From: Anaeramoeba ignava BMAN
Lineage: Eukaryota; Protista; Anaeramoebae
Length of the DNA: 64,000 nucleotides
Assembly: GCA_028826165.1 (NCBI GenBank)
Contig: JAPDFW010000133.1
Coordinates: 72,324 to 136,323 of the forward strand
Reading direction: 5' to 3'
In this document: one piece after another, positions 40,801-52,216 of the stretch
Layout: every line of letters starts with the position of its first letter
Numbering within the stretch: position 1 is the first letter of the stretch
The notes under the pieces: model-generated
Database searches by the model: none
What the model was told of the DNA's origin: nothing
The model's input: the letters and a program-made list of their open reading frames with translations, nothing else
Position numbers and translations under genes: made by a program

Positions 40801-41794
40801 TTATAAAAATTAATTATAAATATAATTATAAATATAATTATAAATATAATTATAAATATAATTATAAATTTAATTATAAATTTAATTATAAATTTAATTA
40901 TAAATTTAATTATAAATATAATTACAAATATAATTATTAATTTAATTATAAATATAATTATAAAGAAAAATAATTAATTTAATTATAAATTTAATTACAA
41001 ATTTAATTATAAATTTAATTATAAATTTAATTTTAAATATAATTATAAATTTAATTATAAATTGAATTATAAATATAATTATAAATTTAATTATAAATTT
41101 AATTATAAATATAATTATAAATATAATTATAAATATAATTATAAATTTAATTATAAATATAATTATAAATTTAATTATAAATATAATTATAAATTTAATT
41201 ATAAATATAATTATAAATTTAATTATTAATTTAATTATAAATTTAATTATTAATTTAATTATAAAATTTAATTATAAAATTATTATAAATATAATTATAA
41301 ATATAATTATAAATTTAATTATAAATATAATTATAAATTTAATTATAAATATAAAATTATAAATTTAATTATAAATATAATTATTAATTTAATTATAAAT
41401 TTAATTATAAATTTAATTATAAATATTATTATAAATTTAATTATAAAATTAATTATAAATATAATTATAAATATAATTATAAATTTAATTATAAATTTAA
41501 TTATAAATTTAATTACAAATATAATTATAAATTTAATTATAAATTTAATTATAAATTTAATTATAAATTTCATTTGTAAAAATAAATGAACGATAAGTGA
41601 TGCAAAAAAAAAGCATTACCATTTCATTTCTAAAAGAAGTTTTAATACCATTTATACATTCAGGAATTTAATTTAAACAAATTTCTTTAAGAATTTGTGC
41701 AATTATATATTTATAAAAAAAAAAAAGAGATTTTTAATATTTTTAAGAAATGACGTACAGGATAATATTTTTGAATAACTTTTCTTTCAGCCAT
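37804..41794 (-). CDS. YJU2: Splicing factor YJU2/CCDC94, 3 exons
   Basis: Exons 41794-41759, 39030-38728, 38472-37804. [73 protein letters not shown]. Confidence 0.95.
39155..41575. repeat. 12-bp satellite (TTATAAAT(T/A)TAA)n filling YJU2 intron 1
   Basis: Visible periodicity; source of the IIKF/IINL pseudo-ORFs. Confidence 0.92.
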
Positions 41795-41919
41795 TTAAAA
41801 AAAAATAATAAAAAAAGAAAAAAATGAAAAAAATTTAATTTAAAAAATTTCATTTTTTTTTCCTTTTTATTATTTTTAAATTATAAATTCCAATAAATAT
41901 TTAAATTTTTAATAAAAAT
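41795..41919. promoter_or_regulatory. 125-bp bidirectional promoter YJU2/TAF9
   Basis: Head-to-head ATGs with opposed TTTCATTTT motifs at 41821-41832 (minus) and 41848-41860 (plus). Confidence 0.7.
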
Positions 41920-42306
41920 ATGGATAATCTTCCACAAGACGCAAGAGTTATTGAACAAATTTTACATTCAATGGGAATTGAAGAATATGATCCACAAGTT
42001 TTACCACAATTACTTGAATTTATACAAAAATACACATCAGAAGTACTTGAAAAAGCACAAAAATATGCACAACATGCAAAAAGAAATCAAATTGAAGAAA
42101 GTGATGTGACACTTGCTATTACTAATCAAGTTGCTTATTCATTTCAAAAACCTCCTTCAAGAAAATTACTTGCAGATTTTGCAAAAGCAAGAAATGCTGT
42201 ACCTTTTCCTCAAATTAGATTTAAATATGGTGTTCATTTACCAACTGAAGAATATTCATTAACGAATGCTAATTATCAAATTGATGAAAAATATCAAGAA
42301 AAATAA
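41920..42306 (+). CDS. TAF9: TFIID subunit TAF9 (histone fold)
   Basis: LPQDARVIEQILHSMGIEEYDPQVLPQLLEF..YAQHAKR..DVTLAI..SFQKPPSR..ARNAVPFP..GVHLP..LTNANY. Confidence 0.93.
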   Translation: MDNLPQDARVIEQILHSMGIEEYDPQVLPQLLEFIQKYTSEVLEKAQKYAQHAKRNQIEESDVTLAITNQVAYSFQKPPSRKLLADFAKARNAVPFPQIRFKYGVHLPTEEYSLTNANYQIDEKYQEK

Positions 42307-42319
42307 TTGAAATATTTAA

Positions 42320-43880
42320 ATAATAATCTAAATAATAAAAAGAAAATAAATAAAATAAATAATAATCTAAATAATAATCTAAATAAATCTAAATAATAAT
42401 CTAAATAATAATCTAAATAAAAATCTAAATAAAAATCTAAATAATAATCTAAATAATAATTTAAATAATAATCTAAATAATAATCTAAATAATAATCTAA
42501 ATAATAATCTAAATAATAATTAAAATAATAATCTAAATAATAATCTAAATAATAATCTAAATAATAATCTAAATAATAATCTAAATAATAATTAAAATAA
42601 TAAATCTAAATAAAAATTAAATTAAAAATTGAAATAATAATCTAAATAATAATCTAAATAATAATCTAAATAATAATCTAAATAATAATCTAAATAATAA
42701 TCTAAATAATAATTAAAATAATAATCTAAATAATAATCTAAATAATAATCTAAATAATAATCTAAATAATAATTGAAATAATAATCTAAATAATAATCTA
42801 AATATTAAAATAAATAATAATTTAAATAATAATCTAAATAATAATCTAAATAATAATCTAAATAATAATCTAAATAAAAATTTGAATAAAATAAAAATCT
42901 AAATAATAAATCTAAATAAAAATCTAAATAATAATCTAAATAATAAATCTAAATAATAAATCTAAATAAAAATTTAAATAATAATCTAAATAATAAATCT
43001 AAATAATAAATCTAAATAATAAATCTAAATAAAAATTTAAATAATAATTGAAATAATAATCTAAATAATAATTGAAATAATAATCTAAATAAATCTAAAT
43101 AAATCTAAATAATAATCTAAATAAAAATCTAAATAATAATTGAAATAATAATCTAAATAATAATCTAAATAATAATCTAAATAATAATCTAAATAATAAT
43201 CTAAATAATAATCTAAATAATAATCTAAATAATAATTAAAATAATAATTAAAAATAATAATCTAAATAATAATCTAAATAATAATCTAAATAATAATCTA
43301 AATAATAATCTAAATAATAATTGAAATATTAAAATAAAAATTGAAATAATAATTTAAATATTAAAATAAATAATAATCTAAATAATAATTAAAATAATAT
43401 TTAAATAAAAATTAAATTAAATAATTGAAATATTTAAATAAAAATTAAATTAAAAATTGAAATAATAATCTAAATAATAATCTAAATAATAATCTAAATA
43501 ATCTAAATAATAATCTAAATAATAATCTAAATAATAATCTAAGAAATAATAATTGAAAAATATCAATAATAATCTAAATAATAAATCTAAAATAATAATC
43601 TAAATAATAAATCTAAATAATAAATCTAAATAAAAATTTGAATAATAATCTAAATAATAATCTAAATAATAATCTAAATAATAATTTAAATAAATCTAAA
43701 TAATAATTTAAATAAATCTAAATAAATCTAAATAATAATCTAAATAAATCTAAATAATAATCTAAATAATAATTGAAATAATAATCTAAATAATAATCTA
43801 AATAATAATCTAAATAATAATTTGAATAATAATCTAAATAATAATTTAAATAATAATTGAAAAAAATAAAAATTTAAATA
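42320..43880. repeat. 12-bp satellite (AATAATCTAAAT)n between convergent TAF9 and Ras 3' ends
   Basis: Visible periodicity. Confidence 0.9.
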
Positions 43881-44211
43881 ATAAAAAGAAAATAAAAATT
43901 AATTTTGAAAAGATTCATTTATTTTCCTTTTGAAAAAAAAAAGGAAATTACAAAAACAATTTAAAAAAAAAGAAAAAGAAAAAGAAAAGAAAAGAAAAGA
44001 AAAATTTTGTTTTTTTCTGATTTAAAAAAAAAAAAGAAAAGAAAGAAAAAAAGAAAGAAAAAAAAAAAAGAATTTGCTTCTTTTGAACTTTTCTTTTTAA
44101 AATTTTGAATTAAACTTTTCAATTAAAAATTTTGAAATGCTTTTGAATTAAACCAAGTAAGAAGAAAATAACGGAAAAAAGGAAGAAAAAGAAGAAAAAG
44201 TAAAAAGAAAA

Positions 44212-44802
44212 TCACATTAAAGAGCATTTACCAAACAATTTTCTCTTTTTCTTAGTTTTCGTAGTTTTTCCAGTAGTTTTCTCATCAGTTTTACCGAATT
44301 TAACTTTTCTAATTTCTCTAACCAAACCAAAGAAAGCCTCTTCAACATTAATTCTAGTTTTAGCAGAAGTTTCAATATAAGGACAACCAAAAGTTTTAGC
44401 GAGATCTTGACCTTCACCAGAAGAAACTTGTCTTTCATTTTCAAGATCAGATTTATTACCAACAATAATCATAGGGACATGATCTGAATCTTTAACTCTG
44501 CAAATTTGCTCTTTAAAAACGGAAACTTCATCAAATGAATTTCTTGAATTGATTGCAAATACGATTAGAAATCCTTCTCCTGATCTCATATATGAATCTC
44601 GCATTGCTGAATATTCTTCTTGTCCTGCTGTGTCTAATATGTCTAATAAACAGATTTCTTCATCGATTTCTACTTGTCTTCGATAGGAATCTTCTATTGT
44701 TGGATCATATTCATCTACAAAGTGTGATTGTACTAATTGAATTGTTAACGCGGATTTTCCTACTCCTCCTCCTCCTACAACTACTAATTTATATTCTGTC
44801 AT
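44212..44802 (-). CDS. RAS: Ras GTPase, intronless
   Basis: [46 protein letters not shown], polybasic tail, CAAX box CSLM. Confidence 0.97.
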   Translation of the reverse strand: MTEYKLVVVGGGGVGKSALTIQLVQSHFVDEYDPTIEDSYRRQVEIDEEICLLDILDTAGQEEYSAMRDSYMRSGEGFLIVFAINSRNSFDEVSVFKEQICRVKDSDHVPMIIVGNKSDLENERQVSSGEGQDLAKTFGCPYIETSAKTRINVEEAFFGLVREIRKVKFGKTDEKTTGKTTKTKKKRKLFGKCSLM

Positions 44803-44969
44803 TTGTTTTTGTTTTTGTTTTTGTTTTTTTAATTAAAAATTTTTTTTTTGCTTTTTTTTTTAAATTTAAAAATTGATAAAAAAAAAATGAAAAATAAAAA
44901 ATTTTTTTAATTTATGTTTTTTTATATATTTTTTTTTTAATATATTTAATTTATTTTAAAATAGAGTTT

Positions 44970-46560
44970 TATATAAAATTAATTAAAAAATTGAATTAAA
45001 AAATATAAATAAAATTAATTAAAATTAATAATAATTTATTTATAATTTATTTTTAAATCTATTTTTAAATAAATTTTAAATTAAATATTAATTAATTATT
45101 TATTCTAAAATTTATATAAAATTAATTAAAAAATTAAATTAAAAAATATAAATAATTTTAATTAAAATTAATAATAATTTATTTATAATTTATTTTTAAA
45201 TCTATTTTTATAAATTTTAAATTAAATATTAATTAATTATTTATTCCAAAATTTATATAAAATTAATTAAAAATTAAATTAAAAATATAAATAATTTTAA
45301 TTAAAATTAACAATAATTTATTTATAATTTATTTTTAAATCTATTTTTAAATTATTTTTAAATTAAATATTAATTAATTATTTATTCCAAAATTTATTTA
45401 AAATTAATTAAAAATTAAATTAAAAATATAAATAAATTTTAATTAAAATTAATAATAATTTATTTATAATTTATTTTTAAATCTATTTTTAAATTAATTT
45501 TAAATTTAAATATTAATTATTTATTTATTCCAAAATTAATATAAAATTAATTAAAAATTGAATTAAAAATATAAATAATTTTAATTAAAATTAATAATAA
45601 TTTATTTATAATTTATTTTTGAATCTATTTTTAAATTAATTTCAAATTAAATATTAATTATTTATTTATTCCAAAATTAATATAAAATTAATTAAAAATT
45701 AAATTAAAAATATAAATAATTTTAATTATAATTAATAATAATTTATTTATAATTTATTTTTAAATCTATATTTTTAAATAAATTTTAAATTTAAATATTA
45801 ATTATTTATTTATTCTAAAATTTATATAAAATTAATTAAAAATTAAATTAAAAATATAAATAATTTTAATTAAAAATTAATAATAATTTATTTATAATTT
45901 ATTTTTAAATCTATTTTTAAATTAATTTCAAATTAAATATTAATTATTTATTTATTCTAAAATTTATATAAAATTAATTAAAAATTAAAAGAAAATATAA
46001 ATAAATTTAATTAAAATTAATAATAATTTATTTATAATTTATTTTTAAATCTATTTTTAAATTAATTTTAAATTAAATATTAATTAATTATTTATTCCAA
46101 AATTAATATAAAATTAATTAAAAATTAAATTAAAAATATAAATAAAATTAATTAAAAAATTAATAATAATTTATTTATAATTTATTTTTAATTCTATTTT
46201 TAAATAAATTTTAAATTAAATATTAATTAATTATTTATTTCAAAATTAATATAAAATTAATTAAAAAATTAAATTAAAAAATATAAATAAATTTAATTAT
46301 AATTAATAATAATTTATTTATAATTTATTTTTAAATCTATTTTTAAATAAATTTTAAATTTAATATTAATTATTTATTTATTTCAAAATTTATATAAAAT
46401 TAATTAAAAAATTAAATTAAAAAATATAAATAATTTTAATTAAAATTAATAATAATTTATTTATAATTTATTTTTAAATCTATTTTTAAATAAATTTTAA
46501 ATTAAATATTAATTAATTACTTATTCTAAAATTTATATAAAATTAATTAAAAATTAAAAA
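44970..46560. repeat. ~142-bp minisatellite, ~11 copies, between divergent Ras and AMT1 starts
   Basis: TCTATTTTT anchor at ~45058, 45201, 45340, 45482, 45624, 45766, 45910, 46050, 46193, 46336, 46479. Confidence 0.9.
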
Positions 46561-46612
46561 GAAAATATTTTTTTTTAAGATTTTTTTGGTTTTCATTTTT
46601 TTTTTCTTTTAA

Positions 46613-47730
46613 ATGAATTATTGGGATTATTTAGGAAAAAATTTTGATTCAGAAACGCCAATTGAAATTCTTGAAGAATTATTGAAAGAATCAAAAGAAG
46701 AACTTAAAGAAATAGAAGAAATTTTAGAAGAAGATGATCCCAAATTAAATGAAAGTAAAAAAAATATAAATAAAAAAATATAAATAAAATCTAAAAAGAA
46801 AAAATTAATTCAAAAAAAAAACAGAAGCAACAAAAGAAGAACTTGAAGGATTTGGGGTTTTTGAAGCACCAGAATTTTGTGTACCAATAAAATGTGATGT
46901 TAGAGAATTTGATTGGGAAAAATTAGCAAAAGAAGGACCATTTGATGCAATAATTGCTGATCCACCTTGGCGATTAGCAGTAAATATTTATTTTCAAAAC
47001 TTTTCCAAATTTTTAAATAAAAAATTTTTTCCGTTATTTTTGACATTTTTTTTTGAATTATTTTTTGAATTATTTTTTGAATTAATTTTTGAATTATTTT
47101 TTGAATTAATTTTTGAATTATTTTTTGAATTAATTTTTGAATTATTTTTTGAATTATTTTTTGAATTATTTTAGGGTCCAAATCCAACTCGTGGTGTTCA
47201 TATTGGTTATGATACTTTAACTGATAATGAAATTGCTTCTATTGGTGTTCCTCTTTTACAGAAAGATGGATATCTTGTTTTTTTGGACTGTAAATTCAAG
47301 ATTTCAATGGACAGTTCAATTGTTAAATAATTGGGGTTATCGGTAAATAAAAATTTTTGTTCCACTTTTTGATTATTTTGATTATTTTTTTAATTTTTTA
47401 ATTTTTTTATTTTTTTTAATTTTTTAATTTTTTAGTTTGGAAACAACAATTGAATGGATTAAAATGGGAAATAGTGGAAGAATTGCTAAAGGAAATGGTT
47501 ATTATTTACAACATAGTAAAGAAACCTGCCTTGTAGGAATCAAAGGAAATCCAAAACCAAAAGAATATCCAATAGATGTAATTGTTTATCCAAGAAGAGG
47601 ACAAAGTCAAAAACCAAATACTCTTTATGAAATGGTTGAAAAAATGTATCCAAATGGAAAATATTTAGAAATTTTTGCAAGAAGAAATAATTTAAGAAAT
47701 TTTTGGATTTCAATCGGAATTGAATTCTAA
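46613..47730 (+). CDS. AMT1: MT-A70 family DNA N6-adenine methyltransferase, AMT1/MTA1 clade, 4 exons
   Basis: Exons 46613-46754, 46825-46979, 47175-47342, 47436-47730. PEFCVPIKCDV..FDAIIADPPWRLA|GPNPTRGVHIGY, GRIAKGNGYYLQHSKETCL, RRGQSQKP, YLEIFARRNNLRNFWISIGIEF. One extra T in the run at 47278-47284. Confidence 0.88.
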
Positions 47731-47849
47731 ATTTTTTTTTTTTTGCTTTTTTATTTTTGTTCCACTTTTTTTTTTCAAATAGACTTTTTCTTTTTCAATT
47801 TTTTTTTTTTCATTTTTTTTCTTTTCTTAAAAGAAAATTTTAATTAAAA

Positions 47850-50800
47850 ATGAATCAACTTCCAATTAAAACAAAATATCAATGGGTTTTTGTTGATGTT
47901 GTTTCTAGACCAAAAAAAACAAATGTAAATAAATCTATTTAAAAAGATAAAAATTTAAAAAGATAAAAAATTTAAATGAAAAATTTTAAAATGAAAAAAA
48001 TTTTAAAATGAAAAATTTTCTTTTGCTTTATAAATAAAGTATCATAGTATGGATCAATACAAGAATAGTATTTGGGTTTTTGGAGGATTTAATAAAGGAG
48101 AAGGAACAGATACTCTTTGGTGTTTTGATGGTATTTTATTATTTCAAAAAAAATGATCTCAAAAAAAATTAATTTTCAAAAAAAAAAATCATTTAAAAAT
48201 TCAACTTTAAAAAAAAAAAATTTTTTTTAATCATAAAGGAAAATGGAGATTGATACAACCAAAAGGAGAAATTCCTTCACCAAGATATTACCATAAAATT
48301 GTAGTACTTAATGATAATCTTTATTTATTTGGAGGATGCACAAAAACTCAAGAAATTATTGGAGATTTTTATTCATTTTCATTTAGTAATTTATCATTTA
48401 CTTTATTTATCATCAAAAAAATCAATAACAAACAAACTAAGCAAGAAAACAAAAACACTCTTTTTTATGTGATTTAATTTTTTATATGGTTTTAAAATTG
48501 GTAAATGAATGAATAGAAACTGAAAAATGGCAAAAAAAAAACTCAAAAAACATGCCAATTCCAAGAAAATCACACACTTTAATAAGATATTTAAACTCAT
48601 TAATTCTGCATGGAGGTTGTTCCCAAGAATCAACCATTTTGAATGATGTTCATATTTATGATCCTTTAACTGACAGTTGGAGAGAAATCAAAGCAGAAGG
48701 TCAAACAACTCCACTTCCTCGACATCTCCATACAAGTATAATCATAAATAACGATATGTAAATCAAAAACATTATTTGAGAAACAAAAATCAACTTAATT
48801 GATCTTTTATTCAAATTTTTATTTCCATTTGATTGAATTATTGCTTCTTATAATTTCAAAATTAATTCCCATTTTAATCATTATTTTTTTTTTCTCCATT
48901 TTTTTCCTTGAATTTATTTCAAAATTAAGGTGGGTTTTTGGAGGAACTTCTGGTGTTGTTAGACTTGGTAATTTATATAGATTTGAAATTCCTACTTCAA
49001 CTTGGCATGAAATTCAAATTGATGGAATTATTCCATCTCCAAGAAGAGATCACACAATGGTTCATCATAATGGAAAAATTTGGTTTTTTGGAGGTATTTA
49101 ATTAAAATTAAAATTAAAATCCAAATTAAATTTAAAATCTAAATTAAAATTAAAATCTAAATTAAAATTAAAATCAAAATTCAAAATTAAAATTAAATTT
49201 AAATTAAAATTAAAATTAAAATTAAAATTAAATTAAAATTAAAATTAAAATTAAAATTAAAATTAAAATCAAAATTAAAATTAAATTTAAAATTAAAATT
49301 AAAATTAAAAATTAAAATTAAAATCAAAATTTAAATTAAAATTAAAATTAAAATTAAAATTAAAATCAAAATTAAAATCAAAATTAAAATTAAAATTAAA
49401 ATTAAAATTAAATTTAAAATTAAAATTAAAATTCAAAATTAAAATTAAAATTAAAATCAAAATTAAAATCAAAATTAAAATTCAATTTGAAATTTTTCTA
49501 GGATTTCGATCCAAACCAATGAATGAATTATGGAGTTATGATACAGTTTCAAATAGTTGGACAGAATATATTCAACATGGAGCTATTCCTTGTGCTAGAC
49601 ATCACCATTCAGGATGTTTAGTTCAAAACAATCAAATGGTTATTTTTGGAGGTTGGGATGGACATGTTTTAGATGATCTTCATGCTCTCAAAATTCCTAA
49701 AAAACCAATTACACATTTTCAAATTTCTAGAATTTCTCAAGCAATGAAAGAATTATTATATTCACAAAAATATTGTGATTTAAAAATTAAAGGAATTGAT
49801 GGTGTTTATGGAGCTCATAAATGTTTAATTGAATGTAGATGCAAATCATTTTGGAATTTGGAAAATCAAAATGAAAATCAAAATGAAAATAATGAAAATC
49901 AAAATAATGAAAATCAAAATGAAAATCAAAATAATGAAAATCAAAATAATGAAAATCAAAATAATGAAAATCAAAATAATCAAATTCAAAATAATGAAAA
50001 TCAAAATGAAAATCAAATTCAAAATGAAAATAATGAAAATTTAAATTTAAAAGAAAATAATGAAAATCAAAATATTGAAAAGGAAAATCAAAATATTGAA
50101 AAGGAAAATCAAAATATTGAAAAGGAAAATCAAAATATTGAAAAGGAAAAACAAAAAATTTACCAAAAATTTCTTGCTCTTTGTTCAAATCAACCAAAGA
50201 AAATTATTATGATTATTCTTCATTTTATTTATACTGATGAAATTTTAATTGCTCATGATATTGAAGACACAAAAACTGATCCTGATCCTGAAGATAAAAA
50301 CAATAAACCTCCTCAAATTTTAAAACCATTAAATATGCAAGAATTACAAACAATTTTACAAATTTCTGAGGTTCTTGGATTGAAAAGATTAGTTCGAAGA
50401 TGCTCAATAAAAATATTATCACTTGTTAATAACAACAATTTAATTCAAACATTAAACCAATTATATCAAAAAGAAATCAAATCCAAAAATTTACGAGCTT
50501 TATTACTTAATAAAGCAAAACAAGCACAAGAAGAAATTTCTAAACAGGAAGAAAATCTTCGTTTAATTGAAAAAAAAGATTTGTTAGTTGATCTAATTAA
50601 AATAATTTGTTCTCAACAAAAACTTCCAGTTAAAAAATACACAAAAGATACTTCATCTTTAGTTCAAGATTTTTCTCGTTTGTTTAAAAATATTCGTGTT
50701 TTTAGATCACAAGAAATTCAGAAAAAAGAAGAAATTGTTTTCCCTCATCAAAACCATTCTCAAGTGAATCGTAAAAAAACAAAGAAGAAAAAACTTTCAT

Positions 50801-51729
50801 CTCAAGAGAAAAAAAAGATTCAACAGAAAATGATTGAACAAGATGAATATTTATATGCAGATTTAAACTATTTTAAACCAAATCCAGAAAATGATTCAAA
50901 TCAAGAAGAAAATGATCCAAATATTTTCATTCATTTTGATAATGATATCAATTCACAAAAGTTTGAAAAAGTTCTTGGAAAATCTTTATCAGAAAAAAAC
51001 AAGTCAGATTCAAGTTTGGATTTTATTTTGAAAGTTTCTGATGGAGAAATTCATGTTCATCGAGCTATTATAATTGTTTTAAGTGAATTATTTTCAAGAT
51101 TTGTGAATACTTTAGTTGGAAAAGATTTGAAGAAATTGGGATCTAATTTATCAAATGAAAATTTAAATGAAAATTTAAATGAAAATTTGAATGAAAATTT
51201 GAATGAAAATTTGAATGAAAATCAAATTTTAAATCAAAATCAAATTGAAAATTCAAATGATAATGATATTAATACCTTAATTAAAGAAAATCAAACTCAA
51301 TTAATTAACAAAACAAACTTAAAACTAAATGAAGATGAAGAAATATCCATTTTTAATGATCGAGGAGATTGGGAAATTGAAACTATTTATGCTTTAATGA
51401 GATTTATTTATACTGGATCATATTATCATTTAAATTATGATCTTGCTTTTAAATTAATTGGAGCTTGTAGTTATTTTGGATTAAAAGATGATTCACTTAA
51501 TCATGTTTGTTTTATGATTTTGAAACAAATTGTGAATGAGGAAAATGTTCTTAAATTACTTGATAAAGCTGAAATATATCGTATTGAAGAATTGAAACAA
51601 TTTTCTATGAGATTTTTAAGAAAATTTGCTCCTCAAGTTTTAACAAAAGAAAATATTTCAAGAATTTCTGATGTTGATTTACTTCGTGATATAATTGAAA
51701 TTGTTGCTACTCAAAAATCAACAAATTAA
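47850..51729 (+). CDS. Kelch-repeat + double BTB protein (LZTR1-like architecture), 6 exons
   Basis: Exons 47850-47924, 48040-48130, 48239-48386, 48517-48757, 48930-49094, 49502-51729. Six kelch blades (PSPRYYH..LFGG, PRKSHT..LHGG, ARHHHS..IFGG); BTBs YCDLKI..AHKCLIECR and DFILKV..IHVHRAII. Confidence 0.88.
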
Positions 51730-52216
51730 TTCATTTAAAAAAACAAAAAACAGAACAAAAAATCTTTTTATTTTTTATTTTTTTAAAAGAATTTTAAATT
51801 TGAATTTGATTTTTGATTTTTATTTTGATTTTGATTTTGAATTTGATTTTAATTTTGATTTTGAATTTGATTTTAATTTTAATTTTAATTTTGATTTTGA
51901 TCTTGTTTTTGAATTTGATTTTGATTTTGATTTTGATTTTGAATTTAATTTTGATTTTCATTTTGATTTTGAATTTGATTTTAATTTTAATTTTAAATTT
52001 GATTTTGATTTTAATTTTAATTTTAATTTTCGATTTTGAATTTAATCTTGTTTTTCATTTTGATTTTCATTTTGATTTTCATTTTGTTTTTCATCTTGAA
52101 TTTCATCTTTATTTTCATCTTGATTTTCATTTTGATTTTCATTTTGATTTTCATTTTGATTTTAATTTTCATTTTGAATTTGATTTTGAATTTGATTTTT
52201 GATTTTCATTTTGAAT

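Noticed and set aside
41580-41700. Intronic snoRNA
   Set aside because: No convincing C/D (RUGAUGA..CUGA) or H/ACA arrangement on the sense strand; better explained by the bridge arm and micro-exon
41750-41770. U12-type intron in YJU2 (TATCCT)
   Set aside because: TATCCT is exonic (Tyr-Pro); the in-phase donor is GTACGT, which is U2-type
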